Below are positions 37,885-46,674 of a stretch of 64,000 bases of DNA, piece by piece. Source of the DNA: a bacterium. GTDB taxonomy: Bacteria; Electryoneota; Electryoneia; Electryoneales; Electryoneaceae. Location: positions 66,785 to 130,784 of the forward strand of contig JAZDLX010000115.1 of assembly GCA_043801585.1 (NCBI GenBank). The letters are read 5' to 3'. Below the pieces are notes generated by a model. It saw only the letters and a program-made list of their open reading frames with translations. It did no database searches and was not told the origin of the DNA. A program made the position numbers and the translations under genes. Positions within the stretch are counted from its first letter, which is position 1. Every line of letters begins with the position of its first letter.

Positions 37885-38264
37885 CTCCAGGATGGAAACA
37901 GGTAGCGAAAGCCTTTGGCTTTGTTCTTCTGTTTGGCATCATCTCGTGGAATCTCTACGCCGGTGCAGGGATTTTCTTATCGATCTTTCGTGGAGTCGTC
38001 GCCTGGCTGATTTTTCAGATTCTCAACATCATCCTGACGAATATCGTCGTTCGTCAGCTTTCCGAATACGAATTCAAACGTTTGCGCAAGATCTCGGAAG
38101 AAGAGGAGTTGGAAGAACTTCGGCAAGCGGAAGTAACCACCGAACTTGAAGAGGACCTGAAAGAAGCAGGCGCACAGGCAAGGCCCAAAGTCGCTCAACC
38201 GGCATCGACAACAGCCGCCCGCGAAGAGAATGCGGAGGGTGCCGAACCCGGAGATAGCGGATGA
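37881..38264 (+). CDS. Hypothetical two-TM protein with acidic cytoplasmic tail
   Basis: ATGA overlaps with both flhG and fliA; two hydrophobic segments followed by an E-rich tail. Confidence 0.78.
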   Translation: MTPGWKQVAKAFGFVLLFGIISWNLYAGAGIFLSIFRGVVAWLIFQILNIILTNIVVRQLSEYEFKRLRKISEEEELEELRQAEVTTELEEDLKEAGAQARPKVAQPASTTAAREENAEGAEPGDSG

Positions 38265-39052
38265 CCGTGCCCGAGATGACCAGGATGAAGGACGACCAAC
38301 TCTGGGGCCTGTGGGTGGATTCACCCGAACAACAGGTTAAAGATGAGTTGGTTATTCGTTATTTGCCCCTTGTGGAGCAGGTTGCGGGGCGAATGAAAAT
38401 CGGTCTGCCCGACGCCGTCCAAGTCGAGGAACTGGTCAACTCCGGCATTATCGGCCTGATCGGCGCCATCGAGAATTTTGACCTATCTCGCGGATTCAAG
38501 TTCGAAACCTATGCGGTCAACAGGATCCGTGGTTCCATCCTCGACAGCCTGCGCGATTATGACTGGATGCCGCGTTCCATCCGATCGAAAACACGATCCC
38601 TCGAAACGACTTTGGTCAGGCTGGAAGGGGAGCTCGGACGGATGCCAAGCGATGAAGAGGTGGCAACCGCGCTCGACCTGGATATGGACGGGTATTTTGC
38701 TCTCCTCGAAGAGGTCAAAGTCGCCAGCATCCTGTCACTCGATCAGCCGATCGGCGGGTCGGAAGGCGAGTCGACGACCCTTGGCGAGATGCTGGAGGAC
38801 GAAGAGGGAGACAATCTTTCGGAGCGGATTGAATGGCGTGAGGCGAAGGAGGTCGCAAAACGGCTGATTTCGGAATTAAAACAGCAGGAACGACTGGTTA
38901 TCTCGCTATATTATTACGAAGAATTGACTTTACGTGAAATTGGTGACGTTCTGGGGATCAGTGAATCCCGAGTCTCACAGATTCACAGTAGAATTATTCT
39001 GACTCTTAAGGGTAAACTTCGCAGCCTTTACGACGATAAGAGTCAGGAGTGA
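38261..39052 (+). CDS. fliA: RNA polymerase sigma28 factor FliA
   Basis: FETYAVNRIRGSILDSLRDYDWMPRSIR; LYYYEELTLREIGDVLGISESRVSQIH. Confidence 0.98.
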   Translation: MTVPEMTRMKDDQLWGLWVDSPEQQVKDELVIRYLPLVEQVAGRMKIGLPDAVQVEELVNSGIIGLIGAIENFDLSRGFKFETYAVNRIRGSILDSLRDYDWMPRSIRSKTRSLETTLVRLEGELGRMPSDEEVATALDLDMDGYFALLEEVKVASILSLDQPIGGSEGESTTLGEMLEDEEGDNLSERIEWREAKEVAKRLISELKQQERLVISLYYYEELTLREIGDVLGISESRVSQIHSRIILTLKGKLRSLYDDKSQE

Positions 39053-39073
39053 CCTTTCCGGGAGGCCGGCTAC

Positions 39074-39433
39074 GTGGTCAAACCTGTGTATTTACAGGAC
39101 AACATCAGTAAAGCGCCACTGGCACAAATCTATCAGGACCTGGAAAACGAGGGCGCTGAACGCCTGCGGGATCTTCACCGGCAGGTGACGATCCGCGAGC
39201 AGATGCGCAAGGAGATGGAAGAGGCTCCAAAGCTCGAAGAACGCGCGGGTACAGCCGGAATCCACCCTGATGGATCGTCGCAGGGGCGAGGCGGCAGACA
39301 GCAGGCAGGATCAAGCGACAAAACGGCTGCGGGATCCGGCGATTCACAACCTTTGGAGGCCGAGAACGACCTTCGTTTCCGCCGCCCGGAAGACGATAAA
39401 GGAAAAGGTGAAAAGTTGGACCTTGAAGGATAA
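39074..39433 (+). CDS. Hypothetical hydrophilic protein downstream of fliA
   Basis: GTG with SD GGAGG; ends KGKGEKLDLEG. Confidence 0.72.
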   Translation: MVKPVYLQDNISKAPLAQIYQDLENEGAERLRDLHRQVTIREQMRKEMEEAPKLEERAGTAGIHPDGSSQGRGGRQQAGSSDKTAAGSGDSQPLEAENDLRFRRPEDDKGKGEKLDLEG

Positions 39434-39437
39434 ATCG

Positions 39438-41096
39438 ATGGGATCAGCGAAGAGACATCAGGGATTCATCCCTTCGGGCCGCGTTTTTGGCGCTCGAATC
39501 GCTCTATTCCTGCTCGTTTTTGCCTTTCCCCTCACTGCCGCCTACGCAAACCGGCTCGTTTCAGCAAGTGTCGGCACTCGTGAAAAAAACACCTCCCTTC
39601 TCGTATTGAAGTTCGATGTTCCTACACAGCTGTCTGTCAGCGGTCGTGAAGGAAGGTCGATCATTCTCTCGGGCGATGCTGTTGACCGCGGTCCGGACGC
39701 TTTCCATCCGTCCGGCCTCATCCGGGATCTTCGCGTGGACAACGGCAATGTCGTCATCACGGCGACACGTTATGTCAGCGCTCGCCTGACCAACGCCGGT
39801 GCCGGGATCTACCTCATTATCCTCGAACCGGCAAAAGAACCACCGGCGACACGCGGCGAATCCGTCAAGCCTGTTCAAACCCGGCAGTCGGCAGCACCGG
39901 CGAGTCAACCGGTTTCCAAACAGCCGCGATCCAAGCCTGAATCCACCCCCGACAAGCCGCTGGAGAGAGAACCAGAGGTATCAAAACCCCTTCAAGCAAC
40001 ACAGCAGAAGACAACACCTAATCCTTCTCAAACTCAGGTGTTCCGGATGGATCAACCGGTGACGTCACAGGAGCAGGCGCAAAATCGACAATCGCTCGCT
40101 GACCTTTACGAGTGGATTCCTGTGCAACCGATTGTCCTGCCAACAACCGTTCAATTTGCGCTGGAGCTCTCGCAGCAGGGAAACCGTGATCGAGCGATCC
40201 TGCTGCTCGAATCGATCAAACCTAATGAACCTGAGTTCGGCTGGAGTCGCATTGCCCTCGGACGGATGGTGGAACAGACAGGGGATTTCAACAAAGCTCT
40301 CGATTATTACCGTCAAGCGCTGGAAGATCGCGAAACGGAAGGTGTCGCCGCTGTCCGGATCGCCCTGGCGTTTCAAGCGGTCGGAAATCCGAATGCCGCA
40401 GTGGCACTCTGGGAGCGTGTCCTTGATATGAACCAGGGACAGGTGTATGTCGATCCATCCGAAATGCCCATTCCTCGCGCGGAACCGTCATCCTTCGTGA
40501 TGCAAACGCCGATACAACCCCTGGTGATGGAGCAGCAGCCACGCAAAATGGACAAAATCGATACCTCGGCTGTCGATTCAAGCGGAAATCAACTCGCCAG
40601 CGGCGCCCCTCGCAAAGGATCGAAAAGTGCCGAAAATCCATTCTCGTTCCTGCGTTTCTGGCCCTTTGCGATAGGTCTGATCCTGTTTTTAGCGTTGCTC
40701 TATTTCGGGCTGAAATGGCTGCATGGTCGTTCCGGTGGCCCAGAATATGACATCAATCAGGATGTCGCAAACCTCGGCCTCGATTTGGACGCTGAGGCCG
40801 ATCTTACAACAGAACCTGTTGCTGGTCAACGGGTTGCAAACATGTACGCGGAACAATCGACGAAAACCGACGGCGAACAGGGCGAGGAACTCTCACTTGA
40901 CGATGACAGTGATCGCCAAGCTGAAACAAACGACGTTCATCTCAATGAAGAGGAATTCAACCTCAGCGAAGACAAGGTCGCCAAGGTTCGCGAGATGCAC
41001 ACCCAGGGTTCTACAGTGCGTGAAATAGCTGAAGAACTTGGACTTGGACAGGATGAAGTGCGTATGGCCATCCGGCTTGCTGAAGCGGAGCAGTAA
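39438..41096 (+). CDS. Exported TPR protein with TM anchor and C-terminal cytoplasmic HTH-like domain
   Basis: Hydrophobic signal segment, beta-rich domain, P/Q linker, TPRs (IALGRMVEQTGDFNKALDYYRQAL), TM (FWPFAIGLILFLALLYFGL), GSTVREIAEELGLGQDEVRMAIRL. Confidence 0.8.
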   Translation: MGSAKRHQGFIPSGRVFGARIALFLLVFAFPLTAAYANRLVSASVGTREKNTSLLVLKFDVPTQLSVSGREGRSIILSGDAVDRGPDAFHPSGLIRDLRVDNGNVVITATRYVSARLTNAGAGIYLIILEPAKEPPATRGESVKPVQTRQSAAPASQPVSKQPRSKPESTPDKPLEREPEVSKPLQATQQKTTPNPSQTQVFRMDQPVTSQEQAQNRQSLADLYEWIPVQPIVLPTTVQFALELSQQGNRDRAILLLESIKPNEPEFGWSRIALGRMVEQTGDFNKALDYYRQALEDRETEGVAAVRIALAFQAVGNPNAAVALWERVLDMNQGQVYVDPSEMPIPRAEPSSFVMQTPIQPLVMEQQPRKMDKIDTSAVDSSGNQLASGAPRKGSKSAENPFSFLRFWPFAIGLILFLALLYFGLKWLHGRSGGPEYDINQDVANLGLDLDAEADLTTEPVAGQRVANMYAEQSTKTDGEQGEELSLDDDSDRQAETNDVHLNEEEFNLSEDKVAKVREMHTQGSTVREIAEELGLGQDEVRMAIRLAEAEQ

Positions 41097-41112
41097 CCGC
41101 CGGAAACCGTGG

Positions 41113-41148
41113 CGGCAACTCTTTCCGTGCCGCAGGTGATCCCTTCCG
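41113..41148. promoter_or_regulatory. Tandem putative enhancer sites upstream of flgF
   Basis: CGGCAACTCTTTCCG (41113-41127) and AGGTGATCCCTTCCG (41134-41148). Confidence 0.5.
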
Positions 41149-41223
41149 CAAACCTACCGAATACCATCCTCTCGATGTTCCCGTAAGCATCGTCATAACA
41201 ACAAGATAAAAGCACTCCACGAC

Positions 41224-41239
41224 AGGCACGCCGTTTGCC
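41224..41239 (+). promoter_or_regulatory. sigma54 promoter of the flgF operon
   Basis: AGGCACGCCGTTTGCC, GG-N10-GC spacing. Confidence 0.78.
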
Positions 41240-41279
41240 GATCAGCTTGGTGCGTACTCTCCACAACGAGGACCCAGGC

Positions 41280-42026
41280 ATGATTCGAGGCATCTACCAC
41301 TCAGCGGCAGGCATGTTGCCGCGCTACTACCAACTGGTCAGTGTTTCCAACAACCTGGCCAACGCAACAACCACTTCTTTCAAGGCGGATCGCCGGTATT
41401 TCAGCACAGTGCTGAACAACGAACTTGTGCAGCCCGGAGCAGGAAACCATGAAAAACGGATCGAGGACCTGGACAAAGGATTATACACGAATTTCAGCCA
41501 GGGCGCGATCAATTCCACAGGCGCCAAGACCGATCTCGCATTGAATGGCAACGGCTACTTCGTTGTCGAGAATCCCGATACCACCGACCGCTTTTACACC
41601 CGTGACGGACGATTCAGGATCAATAACCAGGGCGAACTGGTAACCGCCCTCGGCTATCGGGTGCTGGACGATTCCGGATCCTCTGTGATCATACGCGACA
41701 CCGACAACTTCTTCATCGACGACGCCGGGACGATTTTCGTTCGCGGAGCTCAGACAACCAGTCTGATGCTCGCGGATTTTGAAAACCGGCAAGACCTGAT
41801 CAAGAAGGGCGACAGCATGTACCAGCCGAAGGATCCAAATGTCTACCCGATCACCCCCGAGAACTCGCAAGTGATCCAGGGAAGCCTTGAAGCGTCCAAT
41901 GTGGACGTGGTTGAGGAAATGGTGACGATGATCGATCTGAACCGGAATTACGAATCATCCCAACGAGCGTTAACAGCGCAGGATGAATCGCTGGGCAAGC
42001 TGATTAACACGGTGCCGCGGTTCTAA
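41280..42026 (+). CDS. flgF: Flagellar basal-body rod protein FlgF
   Basis: MIRGIYHSAAGM, SNNLANATTTSFK, TDLALNGNGYF, YTRDGRF, LEASNVDVVEEMV; first of the flgF-flgG pair. Confidence 0.92.
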   Translation: MIRGIYHSAAGMLPRYYQLVSVSNNLANATTTSFKADRRYFSTVLNNELVQPGAGNHEKRIEDLDKGLYTNFSQGAINSTGAKTDLALNGNGYFVVENPDTTDRFYTRDGRFRINNQGELVTALGYRVLDDSGSSVIIRDTDNFFIDDAGTIFVRGAQTTSLMLADFENRQDLIKKGDSMYQPKDPNVYPITPENSQVIQGSLEASNVDVVEEMVTMIDLNRNYESSQRALTAQDESLGKLINTVPRF

Positions 42027-42062
42027 GCCGCCCCACCGTTTGAGTAGTGGAGGAAACAGATC

Positions 42063-42851
42063 ATGATGAGAGCACTCAGGACAGCAGCTAGTGGCATGTA
42101 CGCACAGCAATTGTCCATTGACACGATTGCCAACAACCTGGCCAACGTCAACACGAACGGGTTCAAGAAATCCCAGGTTGAGTTCCAGGATCTGATCTAC
42201 CAGACCATCCAGGCAACCCATTCCGTGCGAAACCTGGGAACGGTCGTCCCTGCTGAATTGCAGATCGGTCATGGTGTCAAACCCGTCGCCATCGAAAAGT
42301 GCTTCAGCCAGGGCAGTCCGGTGCAGACGAGCAATCCGCTGGACCTCTCCGTCGAAGGCGACGGCTTCTTCCAGGTGCGAAAACCCGACGGGACCATCGC
42401 CTTCACCCGTGACGGCAATTTCAAGCGAAGCCCGGACGGACGGATGGTCACCAGCGACGGTTACATCCTCGATCCTGAAATCGTTTTTCCCGACGACACA
42501 ACGGAAGTCGCCATCGATCGTGAGGGATTTGTTTACGCGAACGTCTACGGCAGAAGCGACGCGATCGAACTGGGACAGATCGAACTTGCACGATTCACCA
42601 ACCCCGCCGGTCTTCGGGCGACAGGTCAGAACCTGTTCACCGAAACGGAAGCTTCCGGAATCCCCATTCTTGGCAATCCCGGACAGGAAGGTTTCGGTGA
42701 TGTGAATCAGGGCTACCTCGAAGGTTCGAACGTTGAAGTGGTCGAGGAAATGGTCAACATGATCGTCGCCCAGCGAGCCTATGAAGTGTCGTCGAAGGCG
42801 ATCAAAACGGCCGAGGACATGCTGTATCTGGCGAACAACCTGAAGCGGTAA
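42063..42851 (+). CDS. flgG: Distal rod protein FlgG
   Basis: TAASGMYAQQ..IDTIANNLANVNT.GFKK...FQDLIYQ, LEGSNVEVVEEMVNMIVAQRAYE. Confidence 0.97.
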   Translation: MMRALRTAASGMYAQQLSIDTIANNLANVNTNGFKKSQVEFQDLIYQTIQATHSVRNLGTVVPAELQIGHGVKPVAIEKCFSQGSPVQTSNPLDLSVEGDGFFQVRKPDGTIAFTRDGNFKRSPDGRMVTSDGYILDPEIVFPDDTTEVAIDREGFVYANVYGRSDAIELGQIELARFTNPAGLRATGQNLFTETEASGIPILGNPGQEGFGDVNQGYLEGSNVEVVEEMVNMIVAQRAYEVSSKAIKTAEDMLYLANNLKR

Positions 42852-42855
42852 GCAA

Positions 42856-43575
42856 ATGACGGTCATGCGAACATTTCTTGCGGCGATGCTGGTCTTTTTC
42901 GCTGCCTGCACGGTCGAGGCAGGTAAGGACCGTTTGCCCGAATCCGTTCGCAACGCCGTTCAGAAGTGGCTGGAAACCCAATGGGGAAAAGGGCAGGTCG
43001 AATTCGAGATCGCAACTCATCCCCGTTCGTTGACAGGCGCGGAAAACGCAAATGTGACCATTGAGGGGGATTCATCCCCGCGGGGTCTGGTGATTCTTTA
43101 CGTCGAACTGAACGAAAACGGAAAGCGTATCCGGCGGGTCCCATTAAGCGTTCGTGTTCATCCCCAGGTACTGGTGCCCGTCGCCAAACGATCCCTGAAG
43201 CGTGGAGAAATCCTTCGCAACGACATGATCGGATGGGAACGGAGGGATGTCACGGATGTTCGCGGCGACTGGCCGCTGCATACGGATCCTCTGGCGAGCG
43301 GTCTCTACAGAATGCGGAGGACCGTGCGCGAGAACGATGTGATGACGGAAGAATCCATCGAGAAGACACCGGAGGTCATCAGTGGGGAGCCGATCACGCT
43401 GGTGGCGATGCAGGGCAATGTGAGCATTGCAACGACGGGAATCGCGATGGAGGATGGACGCAAAGGGGATTGGATACGCGTCGAGAATCCGCAGTACAAG
43501 ATGATCCTTCGGGCACAGGTGACAGATCTGGCGAAAGCGGTCGTGGGGTTCTCCGCGACGAGAGGAACACGATGA
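42856..43575 (+). CDS. flgA: P-ring assembly chaperone FlgA
   Basis: Signal peptide; VPVAKRSLKRGEIL SAF domain; GIAMEDGRKGDWIRVEN. Confidence 0.93.
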   Translation: MTVMRTFLAAMLVFFAACTVEAGKDRLPESVRNAVQKWLETQWGKGQVEFEIATHPRSLTGAENANVTIEGDSSPRGLVILYVELNENGKRIRRVPLSVRVHPQVLVPVAKRSLKRGEILRNDMIGWERRDVTDVRGDWPLHTDPLASGLYRMRRTVRENDVMTEESIEKTPEVISGEPITLVAMQGNVSIATTGIAMEDGRKGDWIRVENPQYKMILRAQVTDLAKAVVGFSATRGTR

Positions 43576-44162
43576 TTGATAAAAGGAAATGGTGTCTGAT
43601 CGCAGTGCTGTTGTTCGCTGCGATGCTGCCTGTGACAACGTCGGCTCAGATGATGAAAGAAATCGTCGCCCGTTCGTTCTACGCAGACAAAAAAGCGTTT
43701 AACGAAGGCGACATCATTACCGTACAGATCGTCGAGTTCGCACAGGGTACCAACCAAACCAACGCACAAACCAATTCGGACAACCGCCTCGACGCCAACG
43801 CAGATCCTTCCGGACTCGGTTGGATACCAAACTTTGGCCTCACAAGCCAGATGACCAACCGTCACACCGCGGAGGGAGAGATCACGACGAAGGGTTCCCT
43901 CGAAAGCAAGATGACCGCGGTGGTTACCGAAGTGCAGGAGAACGGGCTGCTTTCGATCCAGGGAACGAGGACGGTGGACGTCAACGGAGAACGGCAAACG
44001 ACCGTTCTCACAGGGCTTGTCCGTCCTGAGGATGTTTCGTCCGACAACATGGTATACAGCTACAACATCGCTAACGCACAGATCTCCTACAAAGGCAAGG
44101 GACTGGTTACTGAAGCGGGTAAGCCCGGGATCGTTGCCAGGATCTGGAACTGGATATTCTGA
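43572..44162 (+). CDS. flgH: L-ring protein FlgH
   Basis: SFYADKKA..GDIITVQIVE, VTEVQENGLLSIQGTR, GLVRPEDV..DN.V.S..IANAQISY.GKG. Confidence 0.95.
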   Translation: MIDKRKWCLIAVLLFAAMLPVTTSAQMMKEIVARSFYADKKAFNEGDIITVQIVEFAQGTNQTNAQTNSDNRLDANADPSGLGWIPNFGLTSQMTNRHTAEGEITTKGSLESKMTAVVTEVQENGLLSIQGTRTVDVNGERQTTVLTGLVRPEDVSSDNMVYSYNIANAQISYKGKGLVTEAGKPGIVARIWNWIF

Positions 44163-45265
44163 TGAACGGAAAACGCATTATTGCAGCGGCGCTGATCGCC
44201 CTCGTCCTGATTCCGGGATTTGCGTTCAGCCAGTCGAGAATCAAGGATCTCGCCGATGTTGAAGGGATGGGATCCATGCCGCTCGTTGGGTATGGTCTTG
44301 TCGTCGGGCTGGAGGGAACGGGAGACAGTCCACGATCCCTGTTTACCAACCAGGCTCTCTCGAACATGCTTGAGCGGTTCGGGATCAACCTCACCAGCGA
44401 CAAGGTCCGCACAAGAAACGTCGCCGGCGTGATGGTAACCGCCACCCTCAATCCCTTTGCCAAAGCCGGACAGCGAGTCGACCTCAACGTTTCTTCGCTG
44501 GGCGACTCACGCAGCCTGCAGGGTGGAACACTGTTGATGACGCCGGTCGCGGGAGCTGACGAGCATGTCTACGGTGTTGCCCAGGGTCCCATCAGCATCG
44601 GCGGTTACTCGGTGGAGTCGGAGGGAGTCAGCGTCCGCCAGAACGCCGCAGCCGTGGGACGAATCCCGGGCGGCCTGCTTGTGGAACGTGAACTCGGCAT
44701 TTCGCTGGGTGAACTTGAACAGTTCCGCTGGACGCTTCGCGAATCCGATTTCACGACTGCACAGCGAATTGCGGAAGCGATCAATGCGCAAAACGGCCAA
44801 AACATTGCCGCTGCCGTCGATCCCATAAGCATCCAGGTCAACGTTCCTGCCAGCTATCCCGGCGGTGCAATGGGACTGATCGTGGATACCGAATCCCTGC
44901 CGGTCAACGTTGATGTTCCCGCACGTGTGGTCATCAACGAACGCACCGGCACGGTGGTGATTGGTGAAAACGTGCGGCTTTCCAGCGTAGCGATCAGCCA
45001 CGGCGCCCTCTCGATTTCGATTACAAACACTCCTGTCATCAGTCAGCCTGGTGCGTTCAGCCCCGGCCAGACAATGGTCCAGCGTGCAACCCAGGTCCAG
45101 GTGCAGGAACAGGGGACGGGTGTTGTGGTGATTCAGCAGACCGCAAACGTAGGTGACGTCGCCGGTGCACTGAACAGCCTTGGGGTCACCCCACGCGACA
45201 TCATCGCAATTTTTCAAGCATTGAAAAAGGCTGGAGCATTACAAGCCGATCTGGTGATCATCTGA
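44162..45265 (+). CDS. flgI: P-ring protein FlgI
   Basis: RIKDL, LVGYGLVVGLEGTGD, SLQGGTLL, ARVVINERTGTVV, LKKAGALQADL. Confidence 0.98.
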   Translation: MNGKRIIAAALIALVLIPGFAFSQSRIKDLADVEGMGSMPLVGYGLVVGLEGTGDSPRSLFTNQALSNMLERFGINLTSDKVRTRNVAGVMVTATLNPFAKAGQRVDLNVSSLGDSRSLQGGTLLMTPVAGADEHVYGVAQGPISIGGYSVESEGVSVRQNAAAVGRIPGGLLVERELGISLGELEQFRWTLRESDFTTAQRIAEAINAQNGQNIAAAVDPISIQVNVPASYPGGAMGLIVDTESLPVNVDVPARVVINERTGTVVIGENVRLSSVAISHGALSISITNTPVISQPGAFSPGQTMVQRATQVQVQEQGTGVVVIQQTANVGDVAGALNSLGVTPRDIIAIFQALKKAGALQADLVII

Positions 45266-46161
45266 TGAGTAGCGGTTATTCACTACATGCGTTGCGCGGC
45301 GACGCCACCCAACTCTGGGCGACTCAACCCGTGCCGAAAAACGTCACGGACCCCGAGACATACAAGGCAGCACGGGGCTTCGAAGCCTATTTCGCCCGGT
45401 ACCTGATCAACCAGTTGAAGGGTGACACGGACATGATCGGGGGCAAGGGATACGGCGGCGAAATCTACCAGGAAATGTACGTCGAGTCCCTCGGAAGCCA
45501 GATCGCCTCGACAGGTGCGTTGGGGATCACCGAGATGATCTACCGGCAAATGATGACAAAGAGAGGGCAAGACCCCTACAAGGAAAGCGATCAGAAGCTG
45601 AATCCACTGGAACCCGCCAATCAGCATGTTGCAATGAGTATTGCAGACCGGCCTTCGGTATCAGCAAAAATGGCGCGGTATTACCACCATGTTCGCGAAG
45701 CTGCCGACCGTTACGGTCTCGAACCCGAATTGATCTACGCCGTGATGCAGCAGGAATCCGGGGGTGACACCAATGCCGTCTCCAAATCGGGAGCCAAAGG
45801 ATTGATGCAATTGATGGATACAACCGCCTCGGATATGGGTGTCGACGATTCCTTCAACCCCCGTGAGAATATCCTCGGCGGTGCAAAATACCTGAAGGAG
45901 CAACTGGACCGGTATGGCGATTTGGACACCGCGCTGGCAGCCTACAACGCCGGACCGGGAGCGGTGGAACGGTACGGGGGGATTCCTCCTTACGAGGAAA
46001 CCCGGAAGTATGTCAGGAATGTTGCCGCGATTTATGAACGCATCAAGAACGCAGTAATCCAGCGGGCTGACAAGAAGGCAGAGGAAGGTGACGTCCGTGA
46101 CTCGAGCGATACGGGCATTTCGCAGTCCGCGAACGTTTCGGATCAGGGTGGAGAGGGGTGA
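45265..46161 (+). CDS. flgJ: FlgJ rod-binding domain fused to an SLT-family lytic transglycosylase
   Basis: KAARGFEAYF...IYQEM...LGITEMIYRQ; AVMQQESGG, GAKGLMQLM, ALAAYNAGPG, PPYEETRKYV. Confidence 0.88.
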   Translation: MSSGYSLHALRGDATQLWATQPVPKNVTDPETYKAARGFEAYFARYLINQLKGDTDMIGGKGYGGEIYQEMYVESLGSQIASTGALGITEMIYRQMMTKRGQDPYKESDQKLNPLEPANQHVAMSIADRPSVSAKMARYYHHVREAADRYGLEPELIYAVMQQESGGDTNAVSKSGAKGLMQLMDTTASDMGVDDSFNPRENILGGAKYLKEQLDRYGDLDTALAAYNAGPGAVERYGGIPPYEETRKYVRNVAAIYERIKNAVIQRADKKAEEGDVRDSSDTGISQSANVSDQGGEG

Positions 46162-46667
46162 GCATGGATCATGAAATGATTGCACGCCTTGTTGACCTCA
46201 TCAAGCGTGAAGAAGGCTTTCTGCACGATTTCCTTGATTTGCTTGAAACCCAGAAGTCGTTGCTTGTGAAAAATAAGGTCGAAGAATTCGAAGAATCGGT
46301 TCGCCAGCAGGAGGAACTGATCGAAAAAATACGTGAACTCGAAACTGAGCGCATCAAGCTTGTACAGCAAATCGCTCATGGCATGAATATCGATGACAAC
46401 AAAGTGACGATCACACGTCTTGTCGAGATGTCCCTCGGCCAGGTCAGCAGTGAACTGAAGGACGTGAAAAGGAACATGACACAACTCGTAGACCGCATTC
46501 GGAGGGCAAATCAGGTCAACCAATACCTGATAAAACGCTCATTGAACCGTGCGCAGCGGTCTATTGATCTGCTGATCGACGAGGGTCTGCGAGATGTCAT
46601 TTACGAACAGAACGGAAAGATCCAGGGTCAGGATCGACGCTCGTTGATGGTGAACAAAACCCTCTGA
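46158..46667 (+). CDS. flgN: Flagellar chaperone FlgN
   Basis: Helical; LRELE.ERIKLV, IRRANQVNQYLIKRSL, Y...G; directly before flgK (alternative ATG at 46164). Confidence 0.88.
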   Translation: MSMDHEMIARLVDLIKREEGFLHDFLDLLETQKSLLVKNKVEEFEESVRQQEELIEKIRELETERIKLVQQIAHGMNIDDNKVTITRLVEMSLGQVSSELKDVKRNMTQLVDRIRRANQVNQYLIKRSLNRAQRSIDLLIDEGLRDVIYEQNGKIQGQDRRSLMVNKTL

Positions 46668-46674
46668 GGCTGCC

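Noticed and set aside
41097..41115. CCGCC-GG-AAA-CC-GT-GGCGG hairpin after the TPR gene as a terminator
   Set aside because: No adjacent U-tract, and it overlaps the putative enhancer palindrome
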